Origin: Solirubrobacteraceae bacterium
GTDB lineage: Bacteria > Actinomycetota > Thermoleophilia > Solirubrobacterales > Solirubrobacteraceae
NCBI GenBank assembly: GCA_033856025.1
Contig: JAWVFQ010000030.1
Location: 4,239 to 68,238 of the forward strand
Direction: 5' to 3'
DNA: 64,000 nucleotides
The stretch's first letter is position 1. Each line of letters starts with the position of its first letter. Made by a program: the position numbers and the translations under genes. Below are positions 45,458 through 54,513 of the stretch, in pieces. The notes beneath the pieces were generated by a model. That model searched no databases and had not been told where the DNA came from. It saw only the letters and a list, made by a program, of their open reading frames with translations.

Positions 45458-47082
45458 AGGCCCTGGCCGCGGCCGTCGTCCTGGCGCTCGGCGCCGGCGG
45501 CGGCGTGCTCGCGCTCGGAGCCGGGCGCGACGAGCCCGCGCCGCCCAGTGGCCCGCGCGTCGTGGCCCACACGAGCCCGTCGCGGACCGTCGAGTTCACG
45601 CTCTCGCTGCGCCAGGACCACGCGGCGGTCAGCCGCTTCCTGAACGCGCTGGACGACCCGGCCTCGCCGCAGTACCACCACTTCATCTCCCCCGCCCAGT
45701 TCGGCGCGCGCTTCGGCGTCTCGTCGGCCGAGCTGGCCCGGGTCCGCACCGCTCTGAGGGCCGCCGGCCTGGAGGTCACCTCCAGCGTCCCCCAGCGCAC
45801 GTCGCTGGGCGTCCGCGGCCGCGTGGCCGACGTCGAGCGGCTGTTCGGCACGCGCCTGAACGAGTGGGTCGGCGCCGACGGCCGGCGCTACCGCGCGCCG
45901 GTTCGTCCCCCGCGGATCCCGCGCGCCCTGGACCGCGCGGTGGCCGCGGCCACCGGGCTGGACAACCGCCCGCGCTACCACTTCCAGGCCGTCCCCAAGG
46001 AGGGCCTGACCCCCCGTATCTCCCGCACCACCTACAACGTCACCCCGCTCCACACCCGCGGCGTGGACGGCCGCGGACAGACGATCGCGATCCTGTCCTA
46101 CGACTCCTTCCAGGACTCCGACGTGGCCGCCTTCGACCGCCAGATGGGCATCGTCGGCGCGCCGCCGGTGCGCCACGTCCCCGTCGACGGGAAGATCGAG
46201 CCCGGTGACGGCCAGGTCGAGGTCGACCTCGACATCGACGTCGTGCGCAACATCGCGCCGCGCGCGCAGATCCTCAACTACGAGATGCCCAACGACGGCC
46301 GTCCCATGGCCGTGGTCATCGACAAGATCGTCGCCGACGGGAAGGTGGAGGTCATCTCCAACTCCTGGGGCGCCTGCGCCGTCGCGTACTCGGCCCAGCA
46401 GCGCGCGGCCGACCAGGCTTCGATCGCCGCGGCCGCGGCGCGCGGGATCACCATGTACGTCGCCTCGGGCGACGCCGGCTCCTACGACTGCCAGCACAGC
46501 GACCCGTCCGACACGCGCGTGTCCGTGGACTGGCCGTCGTCGAGCCCCAACGCGGTGGCCGTGGGCGGGACGCTGCTGTCCGTGCGCCGCGACAACACCT
46601 ACCTCACCGAGACCGGCTGGGAGGACCCGCTGTCCAACGCCGGCGGCGGCGGCGGCCTGAGCACCTTCTTCGCCCGCCCCGCCTACCAGCGCGGCCCCGG
46701 CGTGCAGAACCGCTTCAGCACCGGCAAGCGCCAGGTGCCCGACGTGGCGGCCGCGGCCGACGGCGACTCGGGATGGCTTATCGTCACGAGCGGCGAGGCG
46801 GTCAAGGTGGGCGGGACCAGCGCCGCGGCGCCGTTCTGGGCGGCCTCCATGCTGCTGGTGGGCCAGCACGCGCGCCGCCAGGGCGCCGGGCGCGTCGGCT
46901 TCGCCAACCCGCTGCTCTACCGCATCGCGGCCCGCCGCGACTCGCCGTTCCACGACGTGACCGCCGGCGGCAACCGCGGCTACCGCGCCACGCCGGGCTG
47001 GGACTACGCCACGGGCTGGGGTTCGCCCGACGTGGCCGCGCTGGCCGACTCGGTGGTGGCCGAGCTCAAGCGCGGTCGATGA
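45454..47082 (+). CDS. S53 (sedolisin/kumamolisin) family serine peptidase with pro-domain
   Basis: ATGA overlap with the upstream gene. Signal anchor. Motifs VEVDLDID (Glu/Asp), SNSWG and GGTSAAAPFW (Ser). Confidence 0.8.
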   Translation: MKALAAAVVLALGAGGGVLALGAGRDEPAPPSGPRVVAHTSPSRTVEFTLSLRQDHAAVSRFLNALDDPASPQYHHFISPAQFGARFGVSSAELARVRTALRAAGLEVTSSVPQRTSLGVRGRVADVERLFGTRLNEWVGADGRRYRAPVRPPRIPRALDRAVAAATGLDNRPRYHFQAVPKEGLTPRISRTTYNVTPLHTRGVDGRGQTIAILSYDSFQDSDVAAFDRQMGIVGAPPVRHVPVDGKIEPGDGQVEVDLDIDVVRNIAPRAQILNYEMPNDGRPMAVVIDKIVADGKVEVISNSWGACAVAYSAQQRAADQASIAAAAARGITMYVASGDAGSYDCQHSDPSDTRVSVDWPSSSPNAVAVGGTLLSVRRDNTYLTETGWEDPLSNAGGGGGLSTFFARPAYQRGPGVQNRFSTGKRQVPDVAAAADGDSGWLIVTSGEAVKVGGTSAAAPFWAASMLLVGQHARRQGAGRVGFANPLLYRIAARRDSPFHDVTAGGNRGYRATPGWDYATGWGSPDVAALADSVVAELKRGR

Positions 47083-48242
47083 GCGCGGGCCCGGCCGAGC
47101 CGGTCCCGGAGCTCGAGTCGGCCGAGTCGGGCGTCTTCGGCGTCGCGGCGGTGCTGCGCGACTTCGACGAGGCCGACGTGGCGCGCCTGCGCGCGGTCGC
47201 CGCCGCGATCCGCAGCCCCGAGCGCCCCGCCGTGCGCAGCGCGATCGCCCTGTCGGGCTCGGCCGCCCAGTCGCGCGTGCAGCCGTTCCCGGGGGACTTC
47301 GACTTCTTCGAGCGCGTCCACATCCGAGCGCCCAGCCGCACCGCCGCCCAGCTGGAGCTGCGCGACGTCATGGTCGCCACGATCGCGGGGGCCTTCGCCA
47401 ACCCCGACCTCCAGTTCTCCGAGATGAAGCTGGGGCTGCACCCGCGTGACCGCACGCCGCTGTCCTGGACGCTGGTGCACGTGGATGCCCGCGCGCTGGA
47501 GCTCGAGGACGGGAGCACCCTGGCCATGGACGACGTCCTGGACGAGCCCGGCTTCGTCAAGCTCGATTGGGTCCACGCCGACCACGCCCGCGGGCGGCTG
47601 GTCAACGTGTCCAAGGTCCTGGACCCGACCTGGGAGTCGCCGGACGGCGACATCGTCGCGCTGGACGGGGTGCTCGACGCCTTCTACCAGGAGGTCTACC
47701 TCGACCCCGACTCGCGGATCGACGTCGAGCGCCTCGTCCACCACGTGCGCCCGGACGACCTCGTCGCCTACGTGCAGCAGCTGGAGAGCGAGGTGCGCAA
47801 GTACTCCGACCCCGCGCACGCCAACCACGGCAAGGTGGCCAAGCGCCTCTACAACCTGTGCCGCGTCCAGGGCCGCGCGGCGGAGGCGGCCTACCTGCGC
47901 TCGCTGTTCGACGATCCGCCCGCGCGGCTCTACCAGGTCCAGGGCATGCTTCACGCGCTGGAGCCCGCGCTGGGCTCGCGCCGCCTGCCCGCCGAGGTCG
48001 TGGCCAGCCAGTCCCGCGAGCTCGGCGACCTGCTGCGCACGTGCTACTCGGGCGACGACCGCGACGAGCTGTGCGGGCTGGTGTCCCAGCTGGCCGGCCT
48101 GGAGGAGGCGGCCCGCGCGCAGGCCGCCCTGCGCGTCGCCGGGGCCGCCAACGCGCAGGTCAGCGACTACTTCGGCCGGCGCATCGCCGAGAACGAGGCG
48201 CTGCGCGACTACGTGGAAGAGCTGCGGGCGCTCGCGCCCTAG
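47079..48242 (+). CDS. hypothetical cytosolic protein with minimal nucleotidyltransferase-fold signature
   Basis: ATGA overlap with the upstream gene. LSGSAAQSRVQPFPGDFDFF fits hG[GS]-x(9-13)-DhDh; the remainder is helical. Confidence 0.55.
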   Translation: MSAGPAEPVPELESAESGVFGVAAVLRDFDEADVARLRAVAAAIRSPERPAVRSAIALSGSAAQSRVQPFPGDFDFFERVHIRAPSRTAAQLELRDVMVATIAGAFANPDLQFSEMKLGLHPRDRTPLSWTLVHVDARALELEDGSTLAMDDVLDEPGFVKLDWVHADHARGRLVNVSKVLDPTWESPDGDIVALDGVLDAFYQEVYLDPDSRIDVERLVHHVRPDDLVAYVQQLESEVRKYSDPAHANHGKVAKRLYNLCRVQGRAAEAAYLRSLFDDPPARLYQVQGMLHALEPALGSRRLPAEVVASQSRELGDLLRTCYSGDDRDELCGLVSQLAGLEEAARAQAALRVAGAANAQVSDYFGRRIAENEALRDYVEELRALAP

Positions 48243-50002
48243 GTGCGCGCGCGGCCGCGGCTGCGGTACACCCGCAGACCGGCGCGGGCCAGCATCTCGG
48301 GGATCTCGCGGACCGGCTCGCGGTCCTTGTCGCGCTCGGCCTCGGGGAGCTCCTCCCACGGGACCAGCAGCGGGTGCAGCCGCTGCTCGGGGTCCTTGGG
48401 CCCGGTGGTGGGCCGCCAGCCGTCGCGCTCCAGGTCGGCCATCCAGCGGTCGTGCTCCGCCCGGGCCAGCGCCTCGACCTCCTCGTCGGAGAACTCGAAC
48501 ATCGGCCCCTCGCCGTCGAGCACCAGCGGGGTGGGCGCCAGCCCGCAGCCGGTCTCCGCGAGCTTGTCGCCGATCCCGTCGGCGAAGCGCCGGTTGGAGT
48601 CGCGCAGCGACTCGGGAAGCTCGTCCCACGGCGCCACCGAGGGGTTCTCGTCCGGCGTGATCCCGCGGGCCAGCTCGGCGCGGCGGTACTGCTCGTGCTT
48701 GGCGCGGGCGATCTGCTCCGTCGTGCCGCCCAGCAGCACGGCCGGCGTGGCCGCCTCGGAGAACACGCCGAACGGCTCGATCCTCGACATGCGGCCCTCG
48801 TCGTCGGCCAGGGCGACGCCCACCCCGGCGTTGGCGTCGGGCAGCGCGACCACGACGGGCACGGCGCAGGTGTCCGGCCGCGCGTGCAGCGCCAGGGCCG
48901 CCGCCATGGCCTGCGACTGGCTCCACAGGCAGACGTAGGCGAACGTCACGTCGGCCGCCCCGTCCTCGCCCGCCATCGCGCCGCCCTCGCGAAACGCGCC
49001 CGACTCCAGCGGCATCTGCCGCGCGTCCAGGCGGCACGCACGCTCCAGCGCCGGCTGGCGCTCGATCAGCGCGGCCACGTCGGACTCCGCGTTCGGTCCG
49101 GCCACGGTCACGCGCAGGCGCGGCGCCTGGTCGACCGTCAGGGCGTGCCAGGTGTTGACGAGGTGCAGCAGCAGCTGCTCGCCCACGCTCTCCAGGCCCA
49201 CGATGAGCACGTGCGGGTCCGGCGTGTCCTTGAACGGCGGCCAGCGCTGGACCATCAGGCGCGCCGCGGTCAGGTAGACGTTGAAGAACTCCAGGCGGAT
49301 GCTGGGCTCGCGCGCCGTGGTGAGCGCCTCGGCGGTCAGCGAGCGCAGCAGCTCGGGGTCGTCGAGGTGGGCGAAGACGGTGAGGATGCCCGTCTTGCGC
49401 TGGTCGAGCAGCTGCTCGGCCGCGGCCGCGGCGTCGACGTTGATCCCGTCCTCACCGCAGGTGAGGAAGAGCAGGCGCGCCCGGTCCACGCCGGTGCGCG
49501 CCAGCAGCGCGGGGTCCGCGGCGTCGCCCGCCACGACGATCGCGCCGCGCTCGCGCGCGCCCTCGGCGCCCGCGCTGTGCACGTTGCCGTCGATGGCCAC
49601 GACGTGATGGCCGCCCTCGCGGAACGCGGCGGCCAGGCGGCGGCCCATCTCCCCCAGGCCGGCCACGACCACGTGGTCGCGGGCGAAGAGCCGCACCCGC
49701 ACGTGCTGGACGCGCTCGCGGAACAGCAGGACGAGGCCGCGCAGCGCCGCGTAGCCCGTGACCAGCGGACCCAGGAAGCGGGCGATCTCCAGGGTCACCG
49801 GCACCGGCGGCGCCACGTCGCCGCCCAGGCCGAACAGGCCCAGGGACCGGTAGAGCGAGTCGAGGAGGCCGTAGTCGGCGCTCTTGAGGCGGTGGAAGCC
49901 GATCGTCCCGAGGACCAGGACGGCCACGCCCGCCAGGAAGGCGATGGCCGGGCGCACCGTCCCCACCCACGGACGGACCCACTGAAGCGAGCGGCGGATC
50001 AC
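48239..50002 (-). CDS. 2TM pore-loop-like / tandem RCK (TrkA-N) protein with two C-terminal RyR domains
   Basis: GTG at 50002 overlaps the clpS stop as GTGA. Motifs VVVAGLGEMGRRLA and VLIVGLESVGEQL (Rossmann). RyR-like repeats (ARAKHEQYRR.., ARAEHDRWMADLERDGW..LVPWEELPEAERDKDR). Confidence 0.7.
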   Translation of the reverse strand: MIRRSLQWVRPWVGTVRPAIAFLAGVAVLVLGTIGFHRLKSADYGLLDSLYRSLGLFGLGGDVAPPVPVTLEIARFLGPLVTGYAALRGLVLLFRERVQHVRVRLFARDHVVVAGLGEMGRRLAAAFREGGHHVVAIDGNVHSAGAEGARERGAIVVAGDAADPALLARTGVDRARLLFLTCGEDGINVDAAAAAEQLLDQRKTGILTVFAHLDDPELLRSLTAEALTTAREPSIRLEFFNVYLTAARLMVQRWPPFKDTPDPHVLIVGLESVGEQLLLHLVNTWHALTVDQAPRLRVTVAGPNAESDVAALIERQPALERACRLDARQMPLESGAFREGGAMAGEDGAADVTFAYVCLWSQSQAMAAALALHARPDTCAVPVVVALPDANAGVGVALADDEGRMSRIEPFGVFSEAATPAVLLGGTTEQIARAKHEQYRRAELARGITPDENPSVAPWDELPESLRDSNRRFADGIGDKLAETGCGLAPTPLVLDGEGPMFEFSDEEVEALARAEHDRWMADLERDGWRPTTGPKDPEQRLHPLLVPWEELPEAERDKDREPVREIPEMLARAGLRVYRSRGRART

Positions 50003-50286
50003 CCCGGCTCGAGCGGGGCCATGGTGAGCCCCGCGTCGTTGAGCTGCTCCCAGTAGAGCTCGGCCGGCTCGCGCTGGCCGGTCCACACGATCGCCTGGCC
50101 GCTGTTGTGGATGCGGTCGGCGATCGCGTAGCCGGTGTCGAGCGACACCCCGGGTATGAAAGCGGCCACGGTCTGGGCCACGTGGTCGAACGTGTTGTGG
50201 TCGTCGTTGCGCACGATCACGCGCCACGCGCCGCCCTGGCCCGAGCCCGGGTCCGCGGCGCGCGGCAGCTCGACGGTCTGGCCCAT
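49999..50286 (-). CDS. clpS: ATP-dependent Clp protease adaptor ClpS
   Basis: 95 aa from the internal Met MGQTVEL.. of a long artefactual ORF. WRVIVRNDDHNTFDHV..ADRIHNSGQAIV signature. Confidence 0.85.
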   Translation of the reverse strand: MGQTVELPRAADPGSGQGGAWRVIVRNDDHNTFDHVAQTVAAFIPGVSLDTGYAIADRIHNSGQAIVWTGQREPAELYWEQLNDAGLTMAPLEPG

Positions 50287-51725
50287 CAGAGCTGCATGGC
50301 CTTCGGCACGAGGAACTCCTCCAGCGCGTAGCGGCCCAGCTCGCGGCCGTGGCCGGACTGCTTGAGCCCGCCGAAGGGCGCCAGCGGGTTGAACGTGGCG
50401 CCGTTGATCTCCACCTGGCCGGTCCGGATGCGCCGGGCCACGCGCTGCGCGCGCTCGGGGTCGCCCGACCACACGCCGCCGGCCAGCCCGTACTCGGTGT
50501 CGTTGGCGATGCGCACGGCGTCGTCCTCGTCGTCGTAGGGCATGATCGCCAGCACGGGGCCGAAGATCTCCTCCTGGGCGATGGTCATCTCGGGCTTGAC
50601 GTCGGAGAAGACGGTGGGCCGCACGAAGTAGCCCTGGTCCAGGCCCTCGGGCGGCTCCTCGCCGCCGGTGACCAGCCGCGCGCCCTCCGCCTCGCCCTGG
50701 CGGATGTAGCCGCGCACGCGCTCGCGCTGGGTGTCGGAGACCAGCGGCCCCAGCCGCGTGCCCTCGGCGAACGGGTCGCCGGGCGTGAACTGCTCGGCCA
50801 CGGCGGCGGCGATCCGCTCGGCCTCCTCCAGGCGCTCGCGCGGGACGAGCATGCGCGTGAGCGCGCTGCACGTCTGCCCGGAGTTCAGGAAGCACTTCGA
50901 GACGCCGTCGGCCACGGCGGCCTCCAGATCGGCGTCCTCGAGGATGACGTTGGGCGACTTGCCGCCCAGCTCCAGCGCCACCGGCTTGACCCGGGCGCTG
51001 GCCAGCTCGCTGACGCGCCGGCCCGCGCGCGTGGACCCCGTGAACGAGACCATGTCCACGCCCTCGTGGGAGACGATCGCCTCGCCGACCACGGGCCCGG
51101 TGCCCGTGACCAGGTTGAAGATGCCGGCGGGCGCGCCGACGGCCTCGAAGATCTCGGCCAGCACGAACGCGTTGAGCGGCACGACCTCCGACGGCTTGAG
51201 CACCACCGTGCATCCGGCCGCCAGGGCCGGCGCGACCTTGGCGCAGATCTGGTGCAGCGGGTAGTTCCACGGCGTGATCGCGCCGACCACGCCGGCCGGC
51301 TCGCGCACGACCAGGGAGTTGCCGATCCGCTCCTCCCAGGTCACCTGCTCCATGAGCGCGGGCATGGAGGAGAACGTCATCGTCGGCAGGCCGGCCTGAA
51401 TGGCCTTGGACAGCGGGAGCGGCATGCCGAGCTCCTGAGCCACCAGCCCCGCGATCTCGTCCGAACGGGCGGCCAGCGCGGCGGCGATGCCCTCCAGCAG
51501 CGCGGCGCGCTGCTCGCGCGGCGTCTGGGACCAGGTCTCGAAGGCCTCGCGCGCGGCGGCCACAGCGCGGTCCACGTCCCGCGGCGTCCCGGCCGGGATG
51601 CGGCCCATGACCTCCTCGGTCGTGGAGTTGACGACGTCGATCGTGTCGTCGCCCTCGGGGTCGACCCACTCGCCTCCGACGAAGAGCTTGTCGCGGACGA
51701 TCAGTGTCTGCTCGGTGGTGGCCAT
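50286..51725 (-). CDS. NAD(P)-dependent aldehyde dehydrogenase
   Basis: Motifs ELGGKSP and [10 protein letters not shown] (catalytic Cys); 479 aa. Confidence 0.9.
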   Translation of the reverse strand: MATTEQTLIVRDKLFVGGEWVDPEGDDTIDVVNSTTEEVMGRIPAGTPRDVDRAVAAAREAFETWSQTPREQRAALLEGIAAALAARSDEIAGLVAQELGMPLPLSKAIQAGLPTMTFSSMPALMEQVTWEERIGNSLVVREPAGVVGAITPWNYPLHQICAKVAPALAAGCTVVLKPSEVVPLNAFVLAEIFEAVGAPAGIFNLVTGTGPVVGEAIVSHEGVDMVSFTGSTRAGRRVSELASARVKPVALELGGKSPNVILEDADLEAAVADGVSKCFLNSGQTCSALTRMLVPRERLEEAERIAAAVAEQFTPGDPFAEGTRLGPLVSDTQRERVRGYIRQGEAEGARLVTGGEEPPEGLDQGYFVRPTVFSDVKPEMTIAQEEIFGPVLAIMPYDDEDDAVRIANDTEYGLAGGVWSGDPERAQRVARRIRTGQVEINGATFNPLAPFGGLKQSGHGRELGRYALEEFLVPKAMQL

Positions 51726-51737
51726 GTGCTCTGTCTC

Positions 51738-53735
51738 CTAGGTGGTGGCGGGCTCGGCGGCGGGCTTGGCAGGCTTCGCCCCGGACGCCGCGGCGATCGC
51801 CTCGGCCGTGCGGTGGGCGAGCGCCATGATCGAGATCATCGGGTTGGTCCCCGAGGCGGACGGGAACGCGCTGGCGTCCCCCACCCACACCCCGGGCGTG
51901 TCGTGCAGCTGTCCGTGCGGATCGGCCACGCTGGTCGCCGGATCGGCGCCCATGCGGGCGGTGCCCATCTGGTGCGCCGCGAACAGGCGATGGCCCCCGA
52001 AGCGCAGCGGGATGCGCTGGAGGCGCGCGATGAACGCGTCGAGGTCGTCGCCGCGGCGCCAGCGCGGCAGGCCGGCGGCCATGCCCACGATCTCGCGCGC
52101 GCCGGCCGCCTCGTGCAGCCGGACCTGCGCGTCCAGCGCGCGGTGCATGTTGCGCACGTCGAGCTCGTCGGTCAGCGAGTACCAGGGCACCGACTCGCCG
52201 TTGGCGTCGATGTCCACCCGGCCGCCGCCGCGGTCGCGCAGCAGGCCGATGAACGTGACGCCGTAGGGCACCTGCTCCATCAGCGTCTTGTGCGCGCGGG
52301 CGCCGCCGAAGGGCAGCGCCGAGCCGATCAGGCCGGGCGCGTACTGGGCGCTCTCCACGAGGAAGCCGTGGCCGTCCTCCACTTTGTCGAACTCGTCCAC
52401 CAGCCCGGCCTGCGGGGCGCCCCACCAGGCGCGCTGGTCCTCGGGGTAGACGCCGTAGGTCGCGGTGCACGGATGCAGGTGCAGGTTCTGGCCGACGGCC
52501 GGGCCGCCGATCGCGCTGCGCAGCAGCAGGGCGGGGGTCTCCAGCGTCCCGGCGGCGGCCACGACCTGGGGCGCGCGCACGGTGACGCGCGCGGTGCGAC
52601 CGGTCTCGGGATCGGCGTAGGTGGCCTGCACGCCGGCGGCGCGCCCGCCCTCCACGAGGATGCGCTCGGCCCGCGTTCGGGCCAGGATGCGCGCGCCGCG
52701 GTTCGCCGCGTCGACCAGGTACGTCTTGGCGGTGGACTGCTTGGCCCCCGACTGGTCGCCGAAGCCCATGTAGGCGGCGGACTCCGGGTCGTACGTCTCG
52801 GGGTCGGTGTTGCGGGTGATCGTGGAGAACGACCAGTCCAGCGCCTGCGCGCCCTCCTTCATCCGCTGGTGGGGGCCGTTGAGGTCCGAGCAGTCGCCGG
52901 TCACCGACAGCCTCCCCCACACGGCGTCGAGGTGGCGCTCGAAGTCCGGCCCGCCGACGTCCTCCAGGCCTTCGTTGGCCCAGTCCTCGCGCACCCACGG
53001 CTTCGTGCGCAGGCAGTTGGTCCAGTTGACGACCGTGCCGCCGCCCAGCGTGGCGCCGGCGTAGAGCGTGACGTTGAGGTCGGCGGTGGGCTGGGGCCCG
53101 CCGCGCCAGTACATCTTCTGGTAGGCGTCGAGCTCGAGCTGGGTGAAGTCGGACTCGTTGTAGTAGCCGCCGGCCTCCAGCACGACGACGCTCGCACCCG
53201 CGGCGCTCAGCTCGCCCGCGATCACGCCGCCCCCGGCGCCGGAGCCGACGATGCACACGTCAGCCTCCAGCTCCAGCTCGTCGCCCTCGGGGACGAGCGG
53301 CTCGATCGGCTTGGCGACGGAGGGCGGGGGCGTCGTGGGCCCGGGGTAGCCGAAGGCGCGCCAGTTGGGGTTCTGTCCCGTCTGCGGGTCGATCGGCGCG
53401 CCGTAGGCCAGGAAGAGGGTGAGCGAGATCAGGGCGCCCACCCCCGCCGCGGCCTCGGGGCCGAGCAGCGAGACGTTGGTCAGCAGCTGCTCGCGCGAGT
53501 CCTGCGTGGCCCTCATGAAGCCCTGGGCGGCGAGACCGTCGAGCAGCTGCATGAGGCCCGCCAGCTGGTCGGGCGGCAGCTGGGACAGGGCATCCTCCGC
53601 CATGGCGGGCACGCCGATGTCGCCGGCCGTGCGCGCCCACAGGCCGTGCGGGTCGGGCGCGTGCTCGATGGACGGCACCACGGTGTCGCATACCGCCGCC
53701 AGGATCGCCCGTCGTGTGTCGTCGAACTCGCTCAT
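51738..53735 (-). CDS. GMC family oxidoreductase with about 130-aa N-terminal extension
   Basis: Motifs VGSGAGGGV (FAD), HQMGTARMG and GDASAFPSASGTNP at the C-terminus; 665 aa. Confidence 0.85.
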   Translation of the reverse strand: MSEFDDTRRAILAAVCDTVVPSIEHAPDPHGLWARTAGDIGVPAMAEDALSQLPPDQLAGLMQLLDGLAAQGFMRATQDSREQLLTNVSLLGPEAAAGVGALISLTLFLAYGAPIDPQTGQNPNWRAFGYPGPTTPPPSVAKPIEPLVPEGDELELEADVCIVGSGAGGGVIAGELSAAGASVVVLEAGGYYNESDFTQLELDAYQKMYWRGGPQPTADLNVTLYAGATLGGGTVVNWTNCLRTKPWVREDWANEGLEDVGGPDFERHLDAVWGRLSVTGDCSDLNGPHQRMKEGAQALDWSFSTITRNTDPETYDPESAAYMGFGDQSGAKQSTAKTYLVDAANRGARILARTRAERILVEGGRAAGVQATYADPETGRTARVTVRAPQVVAAAGTLETPALLLRSAIGGPAVGQNLHLHPCTATYGVYPEDQRAWWGAPQAGLVDEFDKVEDGHGFLVESAQYAPGLIGSALPFGGARAHKTLMEQVPYGVTFIGLLRDRGGGRVDIDANGESVPWYSLTDELDVRNMHRALDAQVRLHEAAGAREIVGMAAGLPRWRRGDDLDAFIARLQRIPLRFGGHRLFAAHQMGTARMGADPATSVADPHGQLHDTPGVWVGDASAFPSASGTNPMISIMALAHRTAEAIAAASGAKPAKPAAEPATT

Positions 53736-53765
53736 CGAACTCCTCGGTCGCTGGCGGCAGTCTCT

Positions 53766-53793
53766 CGCATGCGCCAGTACCGATCCAGGCCCA
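53766..53793. repeat. left copy of perfect 28-bp direct repeat CGCATGCGCCAGTACCGATCCAGGCCCA
   Basis: Read directly from the sequence. Identical to 54524-54551; flanking bases differ on both sides. Confidence 0.9.
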
Positions 53794-53799
53794 CCCGTC

Positions 53800-54213
53800 T
53801 CATCCGCCGGGGGCCATCGTGCGCAGACCGGCCAGACGGGCGGCCGCGCTCTGGCGTTCGTCGTAGCTCACGAAGGCGTCGAGCGGCCCCGCACCGGCCG
53901 CGGCGGCGACGTGGATGGCGTCCAGCGCGCGCAGCGCCGGCTCGGCCAGCGCGCCCGCGGCGACGAGCAGTGCGCGGTCGACCGGGACGAGGGCGAGCGC
54001 GTCGAACACCTCTCCGGCCCGCTCGACCAGGGCGCCGGGCGCCAGCCGCGGGTCGTTCGCCGCCGCACGCCGGACCGCCCGCGGGACCTCGGCCAGGACG
54101 AGCTCGCAGGAGACGAGGTCCGCGTCCCCCAGGAACGCGGTCAGCGACGCGGTCTCCGGCTCGGAGCGCACGAGCTTCACGAGCGCCGACGAATCGACGT
54201 AGAACAGCGCCAC
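53800..54213 (-). CDS. vapC: type II toxin VapC (PIN-domain ribonuclease)
   Basis: 137 aa. FYVDSSALVKL N-terminal Asp motif, with later acidic residues typical of PIN domains. Confidence 0.85.
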   Translation of the reverse strand: MALFYVDSSALVKLVRSEPETASLTAFLGDADLVSCELVLAEVPRAVRRAAANDPRLAPGALVERAGEVFDALALVPVDRALLVAAGALAEPALRALDAIHVAAAAGAGPLDAFVSYDERQSAAARLAGLRTMAPGG

Positions 54214-54214
54214 G

Positions 54215-54487
54215 TCAGCGGTCGCCGCGGACCTCGTCGAGCGCGCGGCTCAGCGAACGGGGGTCGCCGTCGAGCTCGAGCGGCTCCGGCAGCGTCCGCC
54301 GGACCGGAGGCGAGACCCGGCCGCCGGCGATCAGGCGGTCCAGCGCTTCGCCGCCGGCGGGCGGCGGCCCCAGCTCGGCGACCGGCCGGTTGCGATCGGT
54401 CACCACGAGGCGCTCTCCCCGCTCCACCCGGCGCAGGTAGCGGCTCAGGTTCTGCCGCAGCTCCCCGATGCCGACCGCGTTCTTCAT
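54215..54487 (-). CDS. type II antitoxin, Phd/YefM family
   Basis: 90 aa from the ATG at 54487. IGELRQNLSRYLRRVERGERLVVTDRNRPVAEL. Stop is 1 nt before the vapC start. Confidence 0.85.
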   Translation of the reverse strand: MKNAVGIGELRQNLSRYLRRVERGERLVVTDRNRPVAELGPPPAGGEALDRLIAGGRVSPPVRRTLPEPLELDGDPRSLSRALDEVRGDR

Positions 54488-54513
54488 GTACACGAAGGTA
54501 GCAGTTCGGGACT

